Below, piece by piece: positions 27,817 through 33,832 of a DNA stretch of 46,769 nucleotides. The stretch is from a virus (Duplodnaviria > Caudoviricetes). The position numbers and the translations under genes are program-made. The notes under the pieces were generated by a model that saw only the letters and a program-made list of their open reading frames with translations, did not search any database and was not told where the DNA came from. The stretch covers positions 1 to 46,769 of the IMG/VR virus record IMGVR_UViG_3300013132_000081; one strand, written 5' to 3'. Numbering within the stretch: the stretch's first letter is position 1; each line of letters starts with the position of its first letter.

Positions 27817-28190
27817 TGGACTCCACCACGCTGGCCGCCTTCCTCGGAGGAGGCGGGGTGGCCGCGATCGTCACCGCGGTGGTCACCGGCCTGTTCTCCA
27901 AGCGGAAGCTCGGCGCCGAGGCGACCGAGATCATTACCAAGGCCGCGTCGGGTGTCGTCGAGCGCATCGAGAAGGACAACCTGGACCTGCGCGCCGAGGT
28001 GACAGGGCTCAAGGAGGCCCGGGAGCAGGACAAGCGGGAGTGGCGCCAGGTCACCCGCGACTGGCGCGCCGCGCTCCAGCTCCACGCAGCATGGGACGCG
28101 CTGGCCATCGCCAAGCTCCACGAGGCGGGCATCGAGATCCCCGAGCCGCCGCCGTTGTACCCGCCCCGTCCGCCGGACGAGGACGACTGA
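27816..28190 (+). CDS. Single-TM coiled-coil membrane protein (lysis-associated)
   Basis: N-terminal TM, coiled coil, IPEPPP tail; TGATG coupling. Confidence 0.75.
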   Translation: MDSTTLAAFLGGGGVAAIVTAVVTGLFSKRKLGAEATEIITKAASGVVERIEKDNLDLRAEVTGLKEAREQDKREWRQVTRDWRAALQLHAAWDALAIAKLHEAGIEIPEPPPLYPPRPPDEDD

Positions 28191-28201
28191 GGAGGAACCC
28201 A

Positions 28202-28741
28202 ATGACCGTGATCTACAGGGGCAAGCCGGCCTGCGAGTGCCTGGCCAAGTGGCTGCCCGTCTACGAGCGGGAGCTCCGGGAGACCGGGAACCTGCAGGGC
28301 GACCTGGTGGTCTACCAGCTCAACGGCAACGCCGCGGAGTCGGCCGGCACCCACACCGGGGGCGCCTACGACGTGACCGACGGCAGGCCCGACCAGGGGG
28401 ACGTCTGGATCGGCCGGCAGATGGGCGCAGCCGAGTGGCTCAGGACCCCGCCGAAGTTCGTCACCCACAGGCACGGCGTCCTGCGCGGCTGCCCCCACAA
28501 CCACGGCGGCCGGTACCAGATCGGCCTGCTCGACCAGGGCTTCGACGGCCTGGTCGGCAACGCCCCCGACAACGGGCCCAGGAACTTCCAGCCCCGGACC
28601 TGGCAGGAGGGCATCAAGTGGGCCCGCCGGCGCCAGCGCCGGCGCTGGGCGGCGAGGAAGCTCACCAAGCTGCGGGCCGAGAAGGCCAAGCTGCAGGCCA
28701 CGATCAACAGGCTGCGGAAGCTCCGCAGCGACCTCAAGTGA
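28202..28741 (+). CDS. Endolysin, M15-like zinc peptidase
   Basis: SAGTHTGGAYD (H-x5-D) and HRH motifs; GAGGAGG RBS; flanked by membrane genes. Confidence 0.8.
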   Translation: MTVIYRGKPACECLAKWLPVYERELRETGNLQGDLVVYQLNGNAAESAGTHTGGAYDVTDGRPDQGDVWIGRQMGAAEWLRTPPKFVTHRHGVLRGCPHNHGGRYQIGLLDQGFDGLVGNAPDNGPRNFQPRTWQEGIKWARRRQRRRWAARKLTKLRAEKAKLQATINRLRKLRSDLK

Positions 28742-28754
28742 AGGGACACACACC

Positions 28755-29153
28755 GTGACCGCGAAGATCTTCGGGCGCGAGCCGGCGGCGATCGCCGGCC
28801 TCATCGAGGGCGCGCTCGCCCTCCTGCTGGCCTTCGGCTGGCTGTCGTTCATCGGGCTGCGCGGCCAGGAGGACCTGGCCGTCGTCATGGCGGTCGTCTC
28901 CGGCGCCATGGGCGTCTACGTCGCCTGGGTGACGGACGAGACCCTGCTGGGCTACGTGCTCGGCCTGGTCAAGGCCCTGATCGCCCTCGGCGCCGTGTAC
29001 GGCCTCACGCTGTCCGCGGAGGAGACCGGCGCGCTCATCGCCTTCCTCACGGTGGCGCTCGGCTTCTGGCAGCGGGACAAGGTCGAGCCCCTGGAGCAGC
29101 CGACGTTCTCGTTCATCCGGCCCTCCGACACGCGTACAGTGGGCCACGACTGA
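28755..29153 (+). CDS. Holin
   Basis: IFGREPA N-terminus, multiple TM segments, RDKVEP tail; follows the lysin. Confidence 0.8.
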   Translation: MTAKIFGREPAAIAGLIEGALALLLAFGWLSFIGLRGQEDLAVVMAVVSGAMGVYVAWVTDETLLGYVLGLVKALIALGAVYGLTLSAEETGALIAFLTVALGFWQRDKVEPLEQPTFSFIRPSDTRTVGHD

Positions 29154-29172
29154 CGGCTCGCTACCTCAGGAT

Positions 29173-29209
29173 CGACTCAGCCCCGGCCAATGGCGCCGGG
29201 GCTGAGTCG
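29173..29209. terminator. Bidirectional hairpin terminator at the convergence of the two arms
   Basis: CGACTCAGCCCCGG...CCGGGGCTGAGTCG. Confidence 0.8.
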
Positions 29210-29221
29210 TCTCCGGGGCCT

Positions 29222-29252
29222 CGCCAGGAGCCACCAGGCGCGATCTGGGCTC
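29222..29252 (-). repeat. 31-bp repeat, copy 2
   Basis: Exact reverse complement of 14164-14194. Confidence 0.9.
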
Positions 29253-29384
29253 CTCCGGAGACCCGTGAGCGCAAGTACCAGCCGGAGACGGCGAGAGGCC
29301 CCAGAACCGAAGTTCTGGGGCCTCTGCCATTGGCCCGGCCGTGGGGAGACCTGGGGAGGACCTTCACCCCCGGCCGGGGGCATC

Positions 29385-29855
29385 TCAGCGGCGCTTGAGC
29401 TGTGCCAGCTTGGCCTTCAGGCGGGCGATCTTGGCGGCCTGCCGCTCGACCCGGCGCTGGATCCCGGCGTCGGCCTGGGCCGGCACCTCGACGGCCCGCA
29501 CGGCCTCGACGGTCCGGACCTCGGCCGGCTCGCAGGAGACCGGCGCCGGCGCGGCGGTCGCCGGGGCCTGGTGGTCGCCGGCGGGCGCGGGGTAGGGGTT
29601 CTCCCCGTCCCAGACCTCGCCGTCGCCGGCGCCGAGGCCGGAGCAGCCGGCCACCGAGTTGACGAAGGCGGTAGCCCGGTGGCCGCGCACGGCCTCCCAG
29701 GTCTCGTAGTCCTCCGCGAGGTGGGCGGAGAAGCGGCCGTCGTCCCCGAAGTCCACGCAGAGCTGCTGGACGTCGGAGGCATGGGCGGCGGGGGCCGCGC
29801 CGAGGGTGGCCCCCGCCACGATGGCGGTCACCAGGGCGACGATGGTCTTCTTCAT
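29385..29855 (-). CDS. Secreted protein with signal peptide and basic coiled-coil tail
   Basis: MKKTIVALVTAIVAGATLGAAPAAHA signal peptide; AAGGA RBS. Confidence 0.8.
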   Translation of the reverse strand: MKKTIVALVTAIVAGATLGAAPAAHASDVQQLCVDFGDDGRFSAHLAEDYETWEAVRGHRATAFVNSVAGCSGLGAGDGEVWDGENPYPAPAGDHQAPATAAPAPVSCEPAEVRTVEAVRAVEVPAQADAGIQRRVERQAAKIARLKAKLAQLKRR

Positions 29856-29965
29856 GGCTGTTCCTTGTCTGTGATTGGTGGTGCTGACTGGATTGGGTGG
29901 TGCTCAAGAGTGGGGCGGGGGCCGGCCGGCGGGGCGTAGCGCCGGGCCGGCCCCGCGCCAGTGGG

Positions 29966-30586
29966 TCACCAGCCGCGGCCGGCCGACTGGGCGGCCTTCT
30001 GGCGGTTGGTCACGATGGACTGCTGGATGGCGTTCTTCACCGTGAAGCCGCCCGACCACGTGGGGGCGTCGTAGCCGCTGATGCAGGCGTCCACGAGGGC
30101 GGCGGCGTTGATCCACTCGCCGCGGACGCGCTCGCTGGCGGCGAGCTCTGCCGCGTAAACGGCGACCTGCTCGTACCAGCCCTTGGCCATGTACTCGTCG
30201 AGCTTGGCCTTGTCGGCGGTGGGCTCGGCGGCGTTCTGGGCGATGACGCGGAGGGAGCGGTACTCCTCGAAGAGGACGGTCCGGCGAGCCTGCGAGTCCT
30301 CGGTGACGACCTCGCGCTGGACGGTCACGACCTCGTCGGTGTCGAAGCGCTTCTCGGTCTTGAGGCCCTGCATCTTGACGATGGCCTTGGTGCTGCCGAT
30401 CCTCTTGGCCTCGACGACGTCGCCGTTACGGAAGGTGTCGCCGGCGGCGAGCTGACCGGCAGGAACCTCGACGGTCGTGAGGCGCTTCTCGTTGGTGAAG
30501 CCGGAGTAGGCGGCCTCGGCGGCGTCGACGATCGGGGCAAGCAGCTCGACGTAGTCGACGGTCTCGTTGGCGGTGTTCTCGTTCAT
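29966..30586 (-). CDS. Hypothetical protein containing an LxxGD beta-rich domain
   Basis: ATG 3 nt after GACCTGGGGAGGTC; strong codon bias. Confidence 0.8.
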   Translation of the reverse strand: MNENTANETVDYVELLAPIVDAAEAAYSGFTNEKRLTTVEVPAGQLAAGDTFRNGDVVEAKRIGSTKAIVKMQGLKTEKRFDTDEVVTVQREVVTEDSQARRTVLFEEYRSLRVIAQNAAEPTADKAKLDEYMAKGWYEQVAVYAAELAASERVRGEWINAAALVDACISGYDAPTWSGGFTVKNAIQQSIVTNRQKAAQSAGRGW

Positions 30587-30589
30587 GGT

Positions 30590-30603
30590 GACCTCCCCAG
30601 GTC
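30590..30603 (-). promoter_or_regulatory. Palindromic start-associated sequence GACCTGGGGAGGTC (copy 1)
   Basis: Identical at four gene starts. Confidence 0.85.
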
Positions 30604-30732
30604 TCTGGCCGCTCGGGGCGAGCAGCTCGTAAGAAGAACATTGCCGTGGCGTGGACTGCTTGTACACCCCTTTGTGAGAACTTCTTCAAAGAACTTTCCG
30701 GCCGGCCCGGGTGAGGGGGCCGGCCGGCTAGC

Positions 30733-31473
30733 TCAGGAGAGGGCCTTGCGGCCGTTGCCGGCGACGTGGCCGCGCCCGCCCGACAGGTCGGCTCGGTTGG
30801 CCGCGTCCTCGCCCATGGCACCGGCGGCGGCGTTGTAGGAGACGCTGCGGGCCTTGGACTTCTTGGTGGACAGGTTCTCGTCCACCCAGTCCTGGACGAG
30901 GGCCTTGCGGCCCACGAAGACGAGCTCCTTGCCGGCGCCCTCGCCGGCGACGGTCTGCTCGACCTCCTTCTCGAGGCGCTCGGCGACGCGGGTGGCGTAG
31001 CCCCACGCGAAGCCGGAGACCCACTTGAAGCGGCTCAGGTCGGAGAAGGGGTATTCGGCCTTCCACTGCTTCCAGCCGCGGTTCCGCTCGGTGGCGTACT
31101 GCATGAGGACGGCCGACGCGAGGATCTCGACGAACAGGGCCTCGGACTCGTGGCCGACGATCCACACCTGGTCGTAGTCGTCGGTGGCGTCGATGACCTT
31201 GCAGTTGTTCGCCGCGGCGATCGCCGCGATGATGGTGACCCGCTGGCGGCTGACCTCGTCGCGCTTGCGGACCGAGACCTTGTGGTTGATGATCGGCTCG
31301 CGCTTCACGTCGTGGCCGGCGGCTATCAGCGCCTCCTCCTCGATGGAGTGCTTGGCCATGAGGCGCTGGGCCATGGCGAAGGCCGACTCGGCCTCCTCGG
31401 GGGTGCACCCGTTCTCCTCGGTCTTGGCGAGGAGGGCGCGGATCTTGTCGATGAGCTTCTGGTCGATGGTCAT
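30733..31473 (-). CDS. DUF2786-domain protein
   Basis: KLIDKIRALLAK.....TPEEAE.A...AQRLMAKHSI signature. Confidence 0.85.
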   Translation of the reverse strand: MTIDQKLIDKIRALLAKTEENGCTPEEAESAFAMAQRLMAKHSIEEEALIAAGHDVKREPIINHKVSVRKRDEVSRQRVTIIAAIAAANNCKVIDATDDYDQVWIVGHESEALFVEILASAVLMQYATERNRGWKQWKAEYPFSDLSRFKWVSGFAWGYATRVAERLEKEVEQTVAGEGAGKELVFVGRKALVQDWVDENLSTKKSKARSVSYNAAAGAMGEDAANRADLSGGRGHVAGNGRKALS

Positions 31474-31485
31474 GGCTGTGGCCTC

Positions 31486-31740
31486 TCAGGCGTCGAAGAA
31501 CATGCGGGGGCGGGGGGTGGCCAGCTCGGAGAGCGGCATGGAGAGGAAGCGGCGCTTGCCGGTGATCTTGTGGCCCTCGACGCTGCCCTCGACGCCCTCG
31601 ACGCCCTCGAAGGCGACGAGCACGGTGCCCTGCTTGACGGCCACGCCCATCGAGACGGCGCTGAAGGTGACGCCGTCCTCGGTCACCATCTCGTGGCGCT
31701 GGCCTCGGATGAGCTGCTCGCCGTTCACGGTTCCAAACAT
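31486..31740 (-). CDS. Hypothetical protein
   Basis: ATG 3 nt after the palindromic RBS. Confidence 0.75.
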   Translation of the reverse strand: MFGTVNGEQLIRGQRHEMVTEDGVTFSAVSMGVAVKQGTVLVAFEGVEGVEGSVEGHKITGKRRFLSMPLSELATPRPRMFFDA

Positions 31741-31743
31741 GTG

Positions 31744-31757
31744 GACCTCCCCAGGTC
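31744..31757 (-). promoter_or_regulatory. Palindromic start-associated sequence (copy 2)
   Basis: GACCTGGGGAGGTC. Confidence 0.85.
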
Positions 31758-31782
31758 GGTGTTGCGGTTGGTTGATATGAGA

Positions 31783-31812
31783 AGAATAGCACGCCGCTGT
31801 GAAGCGCGTAAC
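31783..31812 (-). promoter_or_regulatory. Promoter GTTACG-N18-TATTCT
   Basis: Repeated promoter architecture. Confidence 0.7.
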
Positions 31813-31830
31813 CCCCTTCTCGAAAGTTTC

Positions 31831-32139
31831 TCAGATGTCGAGCGAGAGGTGGCTGACGATCGCGGACAGGACCACGTGGACGGGCAGGTTCGAGACCTGC
31901 ATCTCGCCGCAGATGAGGCCGTTGCCGGTGAGGAAGACGAGCTTGAGGGCCTTGGCCTCCCAGTCCTCGACCGTGACGGCGACCATCTCGTCGCACCAGC
32001 GGTCCGCGCTGATGGTCATCTGGTCGTGGGCGTCGGCGATGTGGTCGACGGTGATGTTGTTCCGCTTGGCGGCGGTGGTGACCAGGCCGAGGACGGAGAG
32101 CAGCAGCTCCTGGCACATCTCGTGGTTGCGCTCGTTCAT
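31831..32139 (-). CDS. Hypothetical protein
   Basis: ATG 5 nt after the palindromic RBS. Confidence 0.75.
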   Translation of the reverse strand: MNERNHEMCQELLLSVLGLVTTAAKRNNITVDHIADAHDQMTISADRWCDEMVAVTVEDWEAKALKLVFLTGNGLICGEMQVSNLPVHVVLSAIVSHLSLDI

Positions 32140-32144
32140 GGCGG

Positions 32145-32158
32145 GACCTCCCCAGGTC
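32145..32158 (-). promoter_or_regulatory. Palindromic start-associated sequence (copy 3)
   Basis: GACCTGGGGAGGTC. Confidence 0.85.
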
Positions 32159-32189
32159 TGGCCGGCCCGTGTGGCCGGCTGATAAGGGA

Positions 32190-32220
32190 ACAGTACCGCG
32201 CCAATGAAGAAACGCGTAAC
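32190..32220 (-). promoter_or_regulatory. Promoter GTTACG-N19-TACTGT
   Basis: Repeated promoter architecture, preceded by a hairpin at about 32221-32249. Confidence 0.7.
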
Positions 32221-32261
32221 CCCCGGCCCAGGACTGGCCCAGGCCGGGGCTTACCCGCGCC

Positions 32262-32603
32262 TTACCCCCTCGTCTGCCGCTCGCCCCTCGAGTGCGCCGC
32301 GGCGTCGAACTCGGGCCACTCGACGAGGAGCACCCCGCGGCCGTAGGCCCGCGGCTCCCTGTCGTCCTCCCACTTCACGGAGGTGGTCCCCACGCCCCGC
32401 GGCTCGACCACGGTCCCGAGGGCGCACCTGTTCAGGTCCACCACGGGCACGGGGGTCTTGACGACGTCGCCCACGCGCAGGGAGCGGACGGGCACGCCCA
32501 CAAAGGGGCCTCGCCCCTCGCAGGAGGCGCACAGGCACTCGTCAGTGCGCGCGCCCGACAGGCCAGCGGCCTCGAGCTCCGCGATGGTCATCTCTCGCTT
32601 CAT
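32262..32603 (-). CDS. Hypothetical protein (CxCxxC plus LxxGD domain)
   Basis: AAGGAGG RBS; MKREMTIAEL...CLCASC...VRSLRVGDVV. Confidence 0.7.
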   Translation of the reverse strand: MKREMTIAELEAAGLSGARTDECLCASCEGRGPFVGVPVRSLRVGDVVKTPVPVVDLNRCALGTVVEPRGVGTTSVKWEDDREPRAYGRGVLLVEWPEFDAAAHSRGERQTRG

Positions 32604-32605
32604 CG

Positions 32606-32977
32606 TCAGTCCTCCTTGGGGTAGGGCAGTCCGTTGACCCACGCGGTCGTGGGGTCGTAGTCGACTGACCACGTCCACGAGTGGGACCCGAGGTCGTAGA
32701 GGCCGTCCTCGTCGGGCTCGATGACGTCGACCCACTCCTCCTCGTCGAAGGTCTCGGTCACCACGAGGGTGCCGTCGTCCTCCCACCTGTGGGAGTAGGA
32801 GTTGGGCAGCGCGGGCTCCTCCTCCGCGGCCTTGGCGAACGAGTGCATCACGGTCTCGACCGCGTGCGGGTCCATCCGCGGGGTCAGCCACCCGTTCCAC
32901 GTGTAGTCGAGTGGGTACTGCCCCATCACGGTGACCATCTCGTCGAGGCACACGGGCCCCGTGGCGAAGGCGCTCAC
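32606..32977 (-). CDS. Acidic hypothetical protein
   Basis: TWNGWLTP and GLYDLG..SWTW motifs; GTGA coupling. Confidence 0.75.
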   Translation of the reverse strand: MSAFATGPVCLDEMVTVMGQYPLDYTWNGWLTPRMDPHAVETVMHSFAKAAEEEPALPNSYSHRWEDDGTLVVTETFDEEEWVDVIEPDEDGLYDLGSHSWTWSVDYDPTTAWVNGLPYPKED

Positions 32978-33159
32978 TTGTCACCCTCCTCGACGAGGGC
33001 GACCTTGGTGTTGGTCGGCTGCGGGTAGGTGTTGACCCCGCCGCTCACGGTGTTGTTCACGGTGATGAAGGTCGTCTTGGCCGTGCGGCGGACTGCGAGG
33101 ACGCGGCCGCTGGCGAGGACGTCGCCCTTCTTGACGTCCGCGGTCTGAATGAACTTCAT
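32974..33159 (-). CDS. Small beta-rich protein (VKKGD motif family)
   Basis: ATG 3 nt after the palindromic RBS. Confidence 0.75.
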   Translation of the reverse strand: MKFIQTADVKKGDVLASGRVLAVRRTAKTTFITVNNTVSGGVNTYPQPTNTKVALVEEGDK

Positions 33160-33162
33160 TGG

Positions 33163-33176
33163 GACCTCCCCAGGTC
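33163..33176 (-). promoter_or_regulatory. Palindromic start-associated sequence (copy 4)
   Basis: GACCTGGGGAGGTC. Confidence 0.85.
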
Positions 33177-33199
33177 GTAGGCGTTGTTGCCGTGGAAGA

Positions 33200-33229
33200 A
33201 ACATACGCCGCCTGTGGTCCCTACGTAAA
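33200..33229 (-). promoter_or_regulatory. Promoter TTTACG-N18-TATGTT
   Basis: Repeated promoter architecture, preceded by a hairpin at about 33235-33272. Confidence 0.7.
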
Positions 33230-33312
33230 CAGTTCGGCCCGCCCCAGTTCCAGGGGGAACCGGGACGGGCCGTCGACTGGTGGCTCTCGGGCCAGCCGCC
33301 GGGTGGGGCGCC

Positions 33313-33699
33313 TCACTGGCCGGCCAGCTTCACCCGGGTGCGCCACTCGTCGATGACGGCGTTCACGGCGTCGCGGCGCTTCGCCTCGGGCTCGCCGATC
33401 TTGACCGGCCTCTTGTCGGCCGGCCCCATCACCTCGGGCTGGTAGAACCAGCCCGGCCTGTCCTCGAACTCGACCATCACCACCCGGCCGACGTGCTGGT
33501 CCTTGACGACCACCCAGAAGGCCGTCAGGCGCTGGCTGGGGAGGCGCGGGTCCTTGCGCCGCCGGATGGGCGCGAGGTCCATGGGCTTGCTCAGGTCGTA
33601 CGGGCTCGGCTCCAGGTGGTGGGCCGGCCTGCGGCCGGACCGCCTCGGTCGCGGGACCAGCCCGTCTGCCGTGCGGTCCTTCTCCTTGGTCATGGTCAT
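33313..33699 (-). CDS. Basic hypothetical protein
   Basis: AGGGAGA RBS; open ORF of about 128 aa. Confidence 0.65.
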   Translation of the reverse strand: MTMTKEKDRTADGLVPRPRRSGRRPAHHLEPSPYDLSKPMDLAPIRRRKDPRLPSQRLTAFWVVVKDQHVGRVVMVEFEDRPGWFYQPEVMGPADKRPVKIGEPEAKRRDAVNAVIDEWRTRVKLAGQ

Positions 33700-33832
33700 C
33701 ACTGTCTCCCTCACTCGGGCTCCCTCCCTGGGGGCCGGTAACAGGAGTGTGGCGTGAGTGTGATAGGCCCGTAAACGGCTTATGACTAATCTAAGCGATT
33801 CTGGCTAGTAATCACGCCGGCGTGCTTCCGGG

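Noticed and set aside
30590-33176. 14-bp repeats as a mini-CRISPR array or integron attC sites
   Set aside because: Spacing is gene-sized and irregular, each copy is the RBS of a gene, and no integron integrase is present.
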